Source: Auanema rhodensis (lineage: Eukaryota; Animalia; Nematoda). From it: 64,000 bases of DNA. The stretch spans positions 20,894,001 through 20,958,000 of the forward strand of contig OZ059895.1 in the NCBI GenBank assembly GCA_964057225.1, given 5' to 3'. The position numbers and the translations under genes were made by a program. This document shows positions 14,101-29,083 of this stretch, one piece after another. Under the pieces are notes generated by a model that searched no databases, was not told where the DNA came from, and worked only from the letters and a program-made list of their open reading frames with translations. The number at the start of each line of letters is the position of its first letter. Positions within the stretch are counted from its first letter, which is position 1.

Positions 14101-16130
14101 TATTGGTGCATGGTAACCATGAATTTGAAATTTACGTGAACTTTAATTTATGCTAATTAAGTGTACACATGATGTGCACTTGGTATGTAACTCGCTTCAC
14201 GTCAAAGATAAAGAGATGCGGTTTTCAAAATTAGATTCCCCATGTCCATATTAGTCTAAAAACAAATTTTTATTAATATTGGTGCATGGTAACCATGACT
14301 TTGAAATTTACGTGAACTTTAATTTATGCTAATTAAGTGTACACATGATGTGCACTTGGTATGTAACTCGCTTCACGTCAAAGATAAAGAGATGCGGTTT
14401 TCAAAATTAGATTCCCCATGACCATATTAGTCTAAAAACCAATTTTTATTAATATTGGTGCATGGTAACCATGACTTTGAAATTTACGTGAACTTTAATT
14501 TATGCTAATTAAGTGTACACATGATGTGCACTTGGTATGTAACTCGCTTCACGTCAAAGATAAAGAGATGCGGTTTTCAAAATTGGATTCCCCATGTCCA
14601 TATTAGTCTAAAAACAAATTTTTATTAATATTGGTGCATGGTAACCATGACTTTGAAATTTACGTGAATTTTAATTTATGCTAATTAAGTGTACACATGA
14701 TGTGCACTTGGTATGTAACTCGCTTCACGTCAAAGATAAAGAGATGCGGTTTTCAAAATTAGATTCCCCATGACCATATTAGTCTAAAAACCAATTTTTA
14801 TTAATATTGGTGCATGGTAACCATGACTTTGAAATTTACGTGAACTTTAATTTATGCTAATTAAGTGTACACATGATGTGCACTTGGTATGTAACTCGCT
14901 TCACGTGAAAGATGAAGAGATGCGGTTTTCAAAATTAGGTTCCTCATGTCCATATTAGTCTAAAAACAGATTTTTATTGATATTGGTGCATGGTAACCAT
15001 GACTTTGAAATTTACGTGAACTTTAATTTATGAAGTGTACACGTGATTTTATTAAGTGTACACGTGATGTGCACTTGGTATGTAACTCGCTTCACGTGAA
15101 AGATAAAGAGATGCGGTTTTCAAAATTAGATTCCCCATGTCCATATTAGTCTAAAAACAAATTTTTATTGATATTGGTGCATGGTAACCATGAATTTGAA
15201 ATTTACGTGAACTTTAATTTATGCTAATTAAGTGTACACATGATGTGCACTTGGTATGTAACTCGCTTCACGTCAAAGATAAAGAGATGCGGTTTTCAAA
15301 ATTAGATTCCCCATGTCCATATTAGTCTAAAAACAAATTTTTATTAATATTGGTGCATGGTAACCATGACTTTGAAATTTACGTGAATTTTAATTTATGC
15401 TAATTAAGTGTACACATGATGTGCACTTGGTATGTAACTCGCTTCACGTCAAAGATAAAGAGATGCGGTTTTCAAAATTAGATTCCCCATGACCATATTA
15501 GTCTAAAAACCAATTTTTATTAATATTGGTGCATGGTAACCATGACTTTGAAATTTACGTGAACTTTAATTTATGAAGTGTACACGTGATGTGCACTTGG
15601 TATGTAACTCGCTTCACGTGAAAGATAAAGAGATGCGGTTTTCAAAATTAGATTCCCCATGTCCATATTAGTCTAAAAACAAATTTTTATTGATATTGGT
15701 GCATGGTAACCATGAATTTGAAATTTACGTGAACTTTAATTTATGCTAATTAAGTGTACACATGATGTGCACTTGGTATGTAACTCGCTTCACGTCAAAG
15801 ATAAAGAGATGCGGTTTTCAAAATTAGATTCCCCATGTCCATATTAGTCTAAAAACAAATTTTTATTAATATTGGTGCATGGTAACCATGACTTTGAAAT
15901 TTACGTGAACTTTAATTTATGCTAATTAAGTGTACACATGATGTGCACTTGGTATGTAACTCGCTTCACGTCAAAGATAAAGAGATGCGGTTTTCAAAAT
16001 TAGATTCCCCATGACCATATTAGTCTAAAAACCAATTTTTATTAATATTGGTGCATGGTAACCATGACTTTGAAATTTACGTGAACTTTAATTTATGAAG
16101 TGTACACGTGATTTTATTAAGTGTACACGT
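8150..16130. repeat. Local higher-order repeat domain 3, with nine 191-bp (+15) monomers and two 170-bp (-6) monomers
   Basis: The allele TTTATG-AAGTGTACACGTGAT-TTTATT-AAGTGTACACGTGAT starts at 8247, 8790, 10036, 10579, 11474, 12017, 13440, 15033 and 16098. The collapsed form is at 13983 and 15576. Usually linked to CATGACC and AAAACCAA alleles. Block offsets are 1789 bp (8247/10036) and 1593 bp (13440/15033, 13983/15576). Confidence 0.92.
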
Positions 16131-16479
16131 GATGTGCACTTGGTATGTAACTCGCTTCACGTGAAAGATAAAGAGATGCGGTTTTCAAAATTAGATTCCC
16201 AATGTCCATATTAGTCTAAAAACAAATTTTTATTGATATTGGTGCATGGTAACCATGACTTTGAAATTTACGTGAACTTTAATTTATGCTAATTAAGTGT
16301 ACACATGATGTGCACTTGGTATGTAACTCGCTTCACGTCAAAGATAAAGAGATGCGGTTTTCAAAATTAGATTCCCCATGTCCATATTAGTCTAAAAACA
16401 AATTTTTATTAATATTGGTGCATGGTAACCATGAATTTGAAATTTACGTGAATTTTAATTTATGCTAATTAAGTGTACA

Positions 16480-18800
16480 CATGATGTGCACTTGGTATGT
16501 AACTCGCTTCACGTCAAAGATAAAGAGATGCGGTTTTCAAAATTAGGTTCCCCATGTCCATATTAGTCTAAAAACAAATTTTTATTGATATTGGTGCATG
16601 GTAACCATGACTTTGAAATTTACGTGAACTTTAATTTATGCTTATTAAGTGTACACGTGATGTGCACTTGGTATGTAACTCGCTTCACGTGAAAGATAAA
16701 GAGATGCGGTTTTCAAAATTAGATTTCCCATGTCCATATTAGTCTAAAAACCAATTTTTATTAATATTGGTGCATGGTAACCATGACTTTGAAATTTACG
16801 TGAACTTTAATTTATGCTAATTAAGTGTACACGTGATGTGCACTTGGTATGTAACTCGCTTCACGTCAAAGATGAAGAGATGCGGTTTTCAAAATTAGAT
16901 TCCCCATTTCCATATTAGTCTAAAAACAAATTTTTATTAATATTGGTGCATGGTAACCATGACTTTGAAATCTACGTGAACTTTAATTTATGCTAATTAA
17001 GTGTACACGTGATGTGCACTTGGTATGTAACTCGCTTCACGTCAAAGATGAAGAGATGCGGTTTTCAAAATTAGATTCCCCATGTCCATATTAGTCTAAA
17101 AACAAATTTTTATTAATATTGGTGCATGGTAACCATGACTTTGAAATCTACGTGAACTTTAATTTATGCTAATTAAGTGTACACATGATGTGCACTTGGT
17201 ATGTAACTCGCTTCACGTGAAAGATGAAGAGATGCGGTTTTCAAAATTAGCTTCCTCATGTCCATATTAATCTAAAAACGAATTTTTATTGATATTGGTG
17301 CATGGTAACCATGACTTTGAAATTTACGTGAACTTTAATTTATGCTTATTAAGTGTACACGTGATGTGCACTTGGTATGTAACTCGCTTCACGTGAAAGA
17401 TAAAGGGATGCGGTTTTCAAAATTAGATTCCCCATGTCCATATTAGTCTAAAAACAAATTTTTATTGATATTGGTGCATGGTAACCATGACTTTGAAATT
17501 TACGTGAACTTTAATTTATGAAAATTAAGTGTACACATGATGTGCACTTGGTATGTAACTCGCTTCACGTGAAAGATGAAGAGATGCGGTTTTCAAAATT
17601 AGATTCCCCATTTCCATATTAGTCTAAAAACAAATTTTTATTGATATTGGTGCATGGTAACCATGACTTTGAAATTTACGTGAACTTTAATTTATGCTAA
17701 TTAAGTGTACACATGATGTGCACTTGGTATGTAACTCGCTTCACGTCAAAGATAAAGAGATGCGGTTTTCAAAATTAGGTTCCCCATGTCCATATTAGTC
17801 TAAAAACAAATTTTTATTGATATTGGTGCATGGTAACCATGACTTTGAAATTTACGTGAACTTTAATTTATGCTTATTAAGTGTACACGTGATGTGCACT
17901 TGGTATGTAACTCGCTTCACGTGAAAGATAAAGAGATGCGGTTTTCAAAATTAGATTTCTCATGTCCATATTAGTCTAAAAACCAATTTTTATTAATATT
18001 GGTGCATGGTAACCATGACTTTGAAATTTACGTGAACTTTAATTTATGCTAATTAAGTGTACACGTGATGTGCACTTGGTATGTAACTCGCTTCACGTCA
18101 AAGATAAAGAGATGCGGTTTTCAAAATTAGATTCCCAATGTCCATATTAGTCTAAAAACAAATTTTTATTAATATTGGTGCATGGTAACCATGACTTTGA
18201 AATCTACGTGAACTTTAATTTATGCTAATTAAGTGTACACATGATGTGCACTTGGTATGTAACTCGCTTCACGTGAAAGATGAAGAGATGCGGTTTTCAA
18301 AATTAGGTTCCTCATGTCCATATTAATCTAAAAACGAATTTTTATTGATATTGGTGCATGGTAACCATGACTTTGAAATTTACGTGAACTTTAATTTATG
18401 CTTATTAAGTGTACACGTGATGTGCACTTGGTATGTAACTCGCTTCACGTGAAAGATAAAGGGATGCGGTTTTCAAAATTAGATTCCCCATGTCCATATT
18501 AGTCTAAAAACAAATTTTTATTGATATTGGTGCATGGTAACCATGACTTTGAAATTTACGTGAACTTTAATTTATGAAAATTAAGTGTACACATGATGTG
18601 CACTTGGTATGTAACTCGCTTCACGTGAAAGATGAAGAGATGCGGTTTTCAAAATTAGATTCCCCATTTCCATATTAGTCTAAAAACAAATTTTTATTGA
18701 TATTGGTGCATGGTAACCATGACTTTGAAATTTACGTGAACTTTAATTTATGCTAATTAAGTGTACACATGATGTGCACTTGGTATGTAACTCGCTTCAC
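16480..18800. repeat. 6/7-monomer tandem duplication
   Basis: AATTAGGTTCCCC at 16541/17773 (offset 1232). AATCTACG at about 17147/18203, TATTAATCT at 17265/18321 and TTTATGAAAATT at 17521/18577 (offset 1056). Confidence 0.8.
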
Positions 18801-21800
18801 GTCAAAGATAATGAGATGCGGTTTTCAAAATTAGATTCCCCATGTCCATATTAGTCTAAAAACAAATTTTTATTAATATTGGTGCATGGTAACCATGACT
18901 TTGAAATTTACGTGAACTTTAATTTATGCTAATTAAGTGTACACATGATGTGCACTTGGTATGTAACTCGCTTCACGTGAAAGATGAAGAGATGCGGTTT
19001 TCAAAATTAGGTTCCTCATGTCCATATTAGTCTAAAAACGAATTTTTATTGATATTGGTGCATGGTAACCATGACTTTGAAATTTACGTGAACTTTAATT
19101 TATGCTTATTAAGTGTACACGTGATGTGCACTTGGTATGTAACTCGCTTCATGTGAAAGATAAAGGGATGCGGTTTTCAAAATTAGATTCCCCATGTCCA
19201 TATTAGTCTAAAAACCAATTTTTATTAATATTGGTGCATGGTAACCATGACTTTGAAATTTACGTGAACTTTACTTTATGCTAATTAAGTGTACACATGA
19301 TGTGCACTTGGTATGTAACTCGCTTCACGTGAAAGATGAAGAGATGCGGTTTTCAAAATTAGATTCCTCATGTCCATATTAGTCTAAAAACGAATTTTTA
19401 TTAATATTGGTGCATGGTAACCATGACTTTGAAATTTACGTGAACTTTAATTTATGCTAATTAAGTGTACACATGATGTGCACTTGGTATGTAACTCGCT
19501 TCACGTGAAAGATGAAGAGATGCGGTTTTCAAAATTAGATTCCTCATGTCCATATTAGTCTAAAAACGAATTTTTATCGATATTGGTGCATGGTAACCAT
19601 GACTTTGACATTTACGTGAACTTTAATTTATGCTTATTAAGTGTACACGTGATGTGCACTTGGTATGTAACTCGCTTCACGTGAAAGATAAAGAGATGCG
19701 GTTTTCAAAATTAGATTCCCCATGTCCATATTAGTCTAAAAACAAATTTTTATTAATATTGGTGCATGGTAACCATGACTTTGAAATTTACGTGAACTTT
19801 AATTTATGCTTATTAAGTGTACACGTGATGTGCACTTGGTATGTAACTCGCTTCACGTGAAAGATAAAGAGATGCGGTTTTCAAAATTAGATTCCCCATG
19901 TCCATATTAGTCTAAAAACAAATTTTTATTGATATTGGTGCATGGTAACCATGACTTTGAAATTTACGTGAACTTCAATTTATGCTAATTAAGTGTACAC
20001 GTAATGTGCACTTGGTATGTAACTCGCTTCACGTCAAAGATAAAGCGATGCGGTTTTCCAAATTAGATTCCCCATGTCCATATTAGTCTAAAAACAAATT
20101 TTTATTAATATTGGTGCATGGTAACCATAACTTTGAAATTTACGTGAACTTTAATTTATGCTAATTAAGTGTACACATGATGTGCACTTGGTATGTAACT
20201 CGCTTCACGTGAAAGATGAAGAGATGCGGTTTTCAAAATTAGATTCCCCATTTCCATATTAGTCTAAAAACAAATTTTTATTGATATTGGTGCATGGTAA
20301 CCATGACTTTGAAATTTACGTGAACTTTAATTTATGCTAATTAAGTGTACACATGATGTGCACTTGGTATGTAACTCGCTTCACGTCAAAGATAAAGAGA
20401 TGCGGTTTTCAAAATTAGATTCCCCATTTCCATATTAGTCTAAAAACAAATTTTTATTGATATTGGTGCATGGTAACCATGACTTTGAAATTTACGTGAA
20501 CTTTAATTTATGCTAATTAAGTGTACACATGATGTGCACTTGGTATGTAACTCGCTTCACGTCAAAGATAAAGAGATGCGGTTTTCAAAATTAGATTCCC
20601 CATGTCCATATTAGTCTAAAAACAAATTTTTATTAATATTGGTGCATGGTAACCATGACTTTGAAATTTACGTGAACTTTAATTTATGCTAATTAAGTGT
20701 ACACATGATGTGCACTTGGTATGTAACTCGCTTCACGTGAAAGATAAAGGGATGCGGTTTTCAAAATTAGATTCCCCATGTCCATATTAGTCTAAAAACA
20801 AATTTTTATTAATATTGGTGCATGGTAACCATGACTTTGAAATTTACGTGAACTTTAATTTATGAAAATTAAGTGTACACATGATGTGCACTTGGTATGT
20901 AACTCGCTTCACGTGAAAGATGAAGAGATGCGGTTTTCAAAATTAGATTCCCCATTTCCATATTAGTCTAAAAACAAATTTTTATTGATATTGGTGCATG
21001 GTAACCATGACTTTGAAATTTACGTGAACTTTAATTTATGCTAATTAAGTGTACACATGATGTGAACTTGGTATGTAACTCGCTTCACGTCAAAGATAAA
21101 GAGATGCGGTTTTCAAAATTAGATTCCCCATGTCCATATTAGTCTAAAAACAAATTTTTATTAATATTGGTGCATGGTAACCATGACTTTGAAATTTACG
21201 TGAACTTTAATTTATGCTAATTAAGTGTACACATGATGTGCACTTGGTATGTAACTCGCTTCACGTCAAAGATAAAGAGATGCGGTTTTCAAAATTAGAT
21301 TCCCCATGTCCATATTATTCTAAAAACAAATTTTTATTAATATTGGTGCATGGTAACCATGACTTTGAAATTTACGTGAACTTTAATTTATGCTAATTAA
21401 GTGTACACGTGATGTGCACTTGGTATGTAACTCGCTTCACGTCAAAGATAAAGAGATGCGGTTTTCAAAATTAGGTTCCCCATGTCCATATTAGTCTAAA
21501 AACAAATTTTTATTAATATTGGTGCATGGTAACCATGACTTTGAAATTTACGTGAACTTTAATTTATGCTAATTAAGTGTACACATGATGTGCACTTGGT
21601 ATGTAACTCGCTTCACGTGAAAGATGAAGAGATGCGGTTTTCAAAATTAGATTCCCCATTTCCATATTAGTCTAAAAACAAATTTTTATTGATATTGGTG
21701 CATGGTAACCATGACTTTGAAATTTACGTGAACTTTAATTTATGCTAATTAAGTGTACACATGATGTGCACTTGGTATGTAACTCGCTTCACGTCAAAGA

Positions 21801-24800
21801 TAAAGAGATGCGGTTTTCAAAATTAGATTCGACATTTCCATATTAGTCTAAAAACAAATTTTTATTGATATTGGTGCATGGTAACCATGACTTTGAAATT
21901 TACGTGAACTTTAATTTATGCTAATTAAGTGTACACATGATGTGCACTTGGTATGTAACTCGCTTCACGTCAAAGATAAAGAGATGCGGTTTTCAAAATT
22001 AGATTCCCCATGTCCATATTAGTCTAAAAACAAATTTTTATTAATATTGGTGCATGGTAACCATGACTTTGAAATTTACGTGAACTTTAATTTATGCTAA
22101 TTAAGTGTACACATGATGTGCACTTGGTATGTAACTCGCTTCACGTGAAAGATGAAGAGATGCGGTTTTCAAAATTAGGTTCCTCATGTCCATATTAGTC
22201 TAAAAACGAATTTTTATTAATATTGGTGCATGGTAACCATGACTTTGAAATTTACGTGAACTTTAATTTATGCTAATTAAGTGTACACATGATGTGCACT
22301 TGGTATGTAACTCGCTTCACGTCAAAGATAAAGAGATGCGGTTTTCAAAATTAGATTCGACATTTCCATATTAGTCTAAAAACAAATTTTTATTGATATT
22401 GGTGCATGGTAACCATGACTTTGAAATTTACGTGAACTTTAATTTATGCTAATTAAGTGTACACATGATGTGCACTTGGTATGTAACTCGCTTCACGTCA
22501 AAGATAAAGAGATGCGGTTTTCAAAATTAGATTCCCCATGTCCATATTAGTCTAAAAACAAATTTTTATTAATATTGGTGCATGGTAACCATGACTTTGA
22601 AATTTACGTGAACTTTAATTTATGCTAATTAAGTGTACACATGATGTGCACTTGGTATGTAACTCGCTTCACGTGAAAGATGAAGAGATGCGGTTTTCAA
22701 AATTAGGTTCCTCATGTCCATATTAGTCTAAAAACGAATTTTTATTGATATTGGTGCATGGTAACCATGACTTTGAAATTTACGTGAACTTTAATTTATG
22801 CTTATTAAGTGTACACGTGATGTGCACTTGGTATGTAACTCGCTTCACGTGAAAGATAAAGGGATGCGGTTTTCAAAATTAGATTCCCCATGTCCATATT
22901 AGTCTAAAAACAAATTTTTATTGATATTGGTGCATGGTAACCATGACTTTGAAATTTACGTGAACTTTAATTTATGAAAATTAAGTGTACACATGATGTG
23001 CACTTGGTATGTAACTCGCTTCACGTGAAAGATGAAGAGATGCGGTTTTCAAAATTAGATTCCCCATTTCCATATTAGTCTAAAAACAAATTTTTATTGA
23101 TATTGGTGCATGGTAACCATGACTTTGAAATTTACGTGAACTTTAATTTATGCTAATTAAGTGTACACATGATGTGAACTTGGTATGTAACTCGCTTCAC
23201 GTCAAAGATAAAGAGATGCGGTTTTCAAAATTAGATTCCCCATGTCCATATTAGTCTAAAAACAAATTTTTATTAATATTGGTGCATGGTAACCATGACT
23301 TTGAAATTTACGTGAACTTTAATTTATGCTAATTAAGTGTACACATGATGTGCACTTGGTATGTAACTCGCTTCACGTCAAAGATAAAGAGATGCGGTTT
23401 TCAAAATTAGATTCCCCATGTCCATATTAGTCTAAAAACAAATTTTTATTAATATTGGTGCATGGTAACCATGACTTTGAAATTTACGTGAACTTTAATT
23501 TATGCTAATTAAGTGTACACATGATGTGCACTTGGTATGTAACTCGCTTCACGTGAAAGATGAAGAGATGCGGTTTTCAAAATTTGATTCCTCATGTCCA
23601 TATTAGTCTAAAAACGAATTTTTATCGATATTGGTGCATGGTAACCATGACTTTGAAATTTACGTGAACTTTAATTTATGCTAATTAAGTGTACACATGA
23701 TGTGCGCTTGGTATGTAACTCGCTTCACGTGAAAGATAAAGAGATGCGGTTTTCAAAATTAGATTCCCCATTTCCATATTAGTCTAAAAACAAATTTTTA
23801 TTGATATTGGTGCATGGCAACCATGACTTTGAAATTTACGTGAACTTTAATTTATGCTAATTAAGTGTACACATGATGTGCGCTTGGTATGTAACTCGCT
23901 TCACGTGAAAGATAAAGAGATGCGGTTTTAAAAATTAGATTCCCCATTTCCATGTTAGTCTAAAAACAAATTTTTATTGATAATGGTGCATGGCAACCAT
24001 GACTTTAAAATTTACGTGAACTTCAATTTATGCTAATTAAGTGTACACATGATGTGCACTTGGTATGTAACTCGCTTCACGTGAAAGATGAAGAGATGCG
24101 GTTTTCAAAATTTGATTCCTCATGTCCATATTAGTCTAAAAACGAATTTTTATCGATATTGGTGCATGGTAACCATGACTTTGAAATTTACGTGAACTTT
24201 AATTTATGCTAATTAAGTGTACACATGATGTGCGCTTGGTATGTAACTCGCTTCACGTGAAAGATAAAGAGATGCGGTTTTCAAAATTAGATTCCCCATT
24301 TCCATATTAGTCTAAAAACAAATTTTTATTGATATTGGTGCATGGCAACCATGACTTTAAAATTTACGTGAACTTTAATTTATGCTAATTAAGTGTACAC
24401 ATGATGTGCACTTGGTATGTAACTCGCTTCACGTCAAAGATAAAGAGATGCGGTTTTCAAAATTAGATTCCCCATGTCCATATTAGTCTAAAAACAAATT
24501 TTTATTAATATTGGTGCATGGTAACCATGACTTAGAAATTTACGTGAACTTTAATTTATGCTAATTAAGTGTACACATGATGTGCACTTGGTATGTAACT
24601 CGCTTCACGTGAAAGATGAAGAGATGCGGTTTTCAAAATTAGATTCCTCATGTCCATATTAGTCTAAAAACGAATTTTTATTGATATTGGTGCATGGTAA
24701 CCATGACTTTGAAATTTACGTGAACTTTAATTTATGCTTATTAAGTGTACACGTGATGTGCACTCGGTATGTAACTCGCTTCACGTGAAAGATAAAGGGA

Positions 24801-27800
24801 TGCTGTTTTCAAAATTAGATTCCCCATGTCCATATTAGTCTAAAAACAAATTTTTATTGATATTGGTGCATGGTAACCATGACTTTGAAATTTACGTGAA
24901 CTTTAATTTATGCTAATTAAGTGTACACATGATTTGCACTTGGTATGTAACTCGCTTCACGTGAAAGATGAAGAGATGCGGTTTTCAAAATTAGATTCCC
25001 CATGTCCATATTAGTCTAAAAACAAATTTTTATTGATATTGGTGCATGGTAACCATGACTTTGAAATTTACGTGAACTTTAATTTATGCTAATTAAGTGT
25101 ACACATGATGTGCACTTGGTATGTAACTCGCTTCACGTCAAAGATAAAGAGATGCGGTTTTCAAAATTAGATTCCCCATGTCCATATTAGTCTAAAAACA
25201 AATTTTTATTAATATTGGTGCATGGTAACCATGACTTTGAAATTTACGTGAACTTTAATTTATGAACTTTAATTTTTAAATTTATTAAGTGTACACATGA
25301 TGTGAACTTGGTATGTAACTCGCTTCACGTCAAAGATAAAGAGATGCGGTTTTCAAAATTAGATTCCCCATTTCCATATTAGTCTAAAAACAAATTTTTA
25401 TTGATATTGGTGCATGGCAACCATGACTTTAAAATTTACGTGAACTTTAATTTATGCTAATTAAGTGTACACATGATGTGCACTTGGTATGTAACTCGCT
25501 TCACGTCAAAGATAAAGAGATGCGGTTTTCAAAATTAGATTCCCCATGTCCATATTAGTCTAAAAACGAATTTTTATTGATATTGGTGCATGGTAACCAT
25601 GACTTTGAAATTTTCGTGAACTTTAATTTATGCTTATTAAGTGTACACGTGATGTGCACTTGGTATATAACTCGCTTCACGTGAAAGATAAAGGGATGCG
25701 GTTTTCAAAATTAGATTCCCCATGTCCATATTAGTCTAAAAACAAATTTTTATTGATATTGGTGCATGGTAACCATGACTTTGAAATTTACGTGAACTTT
25801 AATTTATGAAAATTAAGTGTACACATGATGTGCACTTGGTATGTAACTCGCTTCACGTGAAAGATGAAGAGATGCGGTTTTCAAAATTAGATTCCCCATT
25901 TCCATATTAGTCTAAAAACAAATTTTTATTGATATTGGTGCATGGTAACCATGACTTTGAAATTTACGTGAACTTTAATTTATGCTAATTAAGTGTACAC
26001 ATGATGTGAACTTGGTATGTAACTCGCTTCACGTCAAAGATAAAGAGATGCGGTTTTCAAAATTAGATTCCCCATGTCCATATTAGTCTAAAAACAAATT
26101 TTTATTAATATTGGTGCATGGTAACCATGACTTTGAAATTTACGTGAACTTTAATTTATGCTAATTAAGTGTACACATGATGTGCACTTGGTATGTAACT
26201 CGCTTCACGTCAAAGATAAAGAGATGCGGTTTTCAAAATTAGATTCCCCATGTCCATATTAGTCTAAAAACAAATTTTTATTAATATTGGTGCATGGTAA
26301 CCATGACTTTGAAATTTACGTGAACTTTAATTTATGCTAATTAAGTGTACACATGATGTGCACTTGGTATGTAACTCGCTTCACGTGAAAGATGAAGAGA
26401 TGCGGTTTTCAAAATTTGATTCCTCATGTCCATATTAGTCTAAAAACGAATTTTTATCGATATTGGTGCATGGTAACCATGACTTTGAAATTTACGTGAA
26501 CTTTAATTTATGCTAATTAAGTGTACACATGATGTGCGCTTGGTATGTAACTCGCTTCACGTGAAAGATAAAGAGATGCGGTTTTCAAAATTAGATTCCC
26601 CATTTCCATATTAGTCTAAAAACAAATTTTTATTGATATTGGTGCATGGCAACCATGACTTTGAAATTTACGTGAACTTTAATTTATGCTAATTAAGTGT
26701 ACACATGATGTGCGCTTGGTATGTAACTCGCTTCACGTGAAAGATAAAGAGATGCGGTTTTAAAAATTAGATTCCCCATTTCCATGTTAGTCTAAAAACA
26801 AATTTTTATTGATAATGGTGCATGGCAACCATGACTTTAAAATTTACGTGAACTTCAATTTATGCTAATTAAGTGTACACATGATGTGCACTTGGTATGT
26901 AACTCGCTTCACGTGAAAGATGAAGAGATGCGGTTTTCAAAATTTGATTCCTCATGTCCATATTAGTCTAAAAACGAATTTTTATCGATATTGGTGCATG
27001 GTAACCATGACTTTGAAATTTACGTGAACTTTAATTTATGCTAATTAAGTGTACACATGATGTGCGCTTGGTATGTAACTCGCTTCACGTGAAAGATAAA
27101 GAGATGCGGTTTTCAAAATTAGATTCCCCATTTCCATATTAGTCTAAAAACAAATTTTTATTGATATTGGTGCATGGCAACCATGACTTTAAAATTTACG
27201 TGAACTTTAATTTATGCTAATTAAGTGTACACATGATGTGCACTTGGTATGTAACTCGCTTCACGTCAAAGATAAAGAGATGCGGTTTTTAAAATTAGAT
27301 TCCCCATGTCCATATTAGTCTAAAAACAAATTTTTATTAATATTGGTGCATGGTAACCATGACTTAGAAATTTACGTGAACTTTAATTTATGCTAATTAA
27401 GTGTACACATGATGTGCACTTGGTATGTAACTCGCTTCACGTGAAAGATGAAGAGATGCGGTTTTCAAAATTAGATTCCTCATGTCCATATTAGTCTAAA
27501 AACGAATTTTTATTGATATTGGTGCATGGTAACCATGACTTTGAAATTTACGTGAACTTTAATTTATGCTTATTAAGTGTACACGTGATGTGCACTCGGT
27601 ATGTAACTCGCTTCACGTGAAAGATAAAGGGATGCTGTTTTCAAAATTAGATTCCCCATGTCCATATTAGTCTAAAAACAAATTTTTATTGATATTGGTG
27701 CATGGTAACCATGACTTTGAAATTTACGTGAACTTTAATTTATGCTAATTAAGTGTACACATGATTTGCACTTGGTATGTAACTCGCTTCACGTGAAAGA

Positions 27801-29083
27801 TGAAGAGATGCGGTTTTCAAAATTAGATTCCCCATGTCCATATTAGTCTAAAAACAAATTTTTATTGATATTGGTGCATGGTAACCATGACTTTGAAATT
27901 TACGTGAACTTTAATTTATGCTAATTAAGTGTACACATGATGTGCACTTGGTATGTAACTCGCTTCACGTCAAAGATAAAGAGATGCGGTTTTCAAAATT
28001 AGATTCCCCATGTCCATATTAGTCTAAAAACAAATTTTTATTAATATTGGTGCATGGTAACCATGACTTTGAAATTTACGTGAACTTTAATTTATGAACT
28101 TTAATTTTTAAATTTATTAAGTGTACACATGATGTGAACTTGGTATGTAACTCGCTTCACGTCAAAGATAAAGAGATGCGGTTTTCAAAATTAGATTCCC
28201 CATTTCCATATTAGTCTAAAAACAAATTTTTATTGATATTGGTGCATGGCAACCATGACTTTAAAATTTACGTGAACTTTAATTTATGCTAATTAAGTGT
28301 ACACATGATGTGCACTTGGTATGTAACTCGCTTCACGTCAAAGATAAAGAGATGCGGTTTTCAAAATTAGATTCCCCATGTCCATATTAGTCTAAAAACG
28401 AATTTTTATTGATATTGGTGCATGGTAACCATGACTTTGAAATTTACGTGAACTTTAATTTATGCTTATTAAGTGTACACGTGATGTGCACTTGGTATGT
28501 AACTCGCTTCACGTGAAAGATAAAGGGATGCGGTTTTCAAAATTAGATTCCCCATGTCCATATTAGTCTAAAAACAAATTTTTATTGATATTGGTGCATG
28601 GTAACCATGACTTTGAAATTTACGTGAACTTTAATTTATGCTAATTATGTGTACACATGATGTGCACTTGGTATGTAACTCGCTTCACGTGAAAGATGAA
28701 GAGATGCGGTTTTCAAAATTAGATTCCCCATGTCCATATTAGTCTAAAAACAAATTTTTATTAATATTGGTGCATGGTAACCATGACTTTGAAATTTACG
28801 TGAACTTTAATTTATGCTAATTAAGTGTACACATGATGTGCACTTGGTATGTAACTCGCTTCACGTGAAAGATAAAGAGATGCGGTTTTCAAAATTAGAT
28901 TCCCCATGTCCATATTAGTCTAAAAACAAATTTTTATTGATATTGGTGCATGGTAACCATGACTTTGAAATTTACGTGAACTTTAATTTATGCTTATTAA
29001 GTGTACACGTGATGTGCACTTGGTATGTAACTCGCTTCACGTGAAAGATAAAGGGATGCGGTTTTCAAAATTAGATTCCCCAT
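18000..29083. repeat. Large higher-order block, copy 1 (about 63 monomers, including an internal 16-mer tandem duplication)
   Basis: Its ordered rare alleles (AATCTACG, GATAATGAG, TTCATGTG, TTACTTT, TTGACA, AAAGCGATG, TATTATTC, TTCGACAT, TGCTGTTT, +16 insertion, ATTATGTG) recur in the same order at 29296-37899. Confidence 0.9.
22714..28640. repeat. 16-monomer (2832-bp) tandem duplication nested in the large block
   Basis: The +16 insertion is at 25265 and 28097, and TTTATGAAAATT at 22977 and 25809. CTTAGAAA, CACTCGG/TGCTGTTT and GATTTGCAC repeat at the same 2832-bp offset (16x176+16). Confidence 0.92.

Noticed and set aside
21214-21396. 60-aa ORF MLIKCTHDVH...
   Set aside because: It is one satellite monomer read through because a G>T change at 21318 turns the usual TAG into TAT. 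It ends at the next monomer's TAA, and there is no gene context or recognisable domain.
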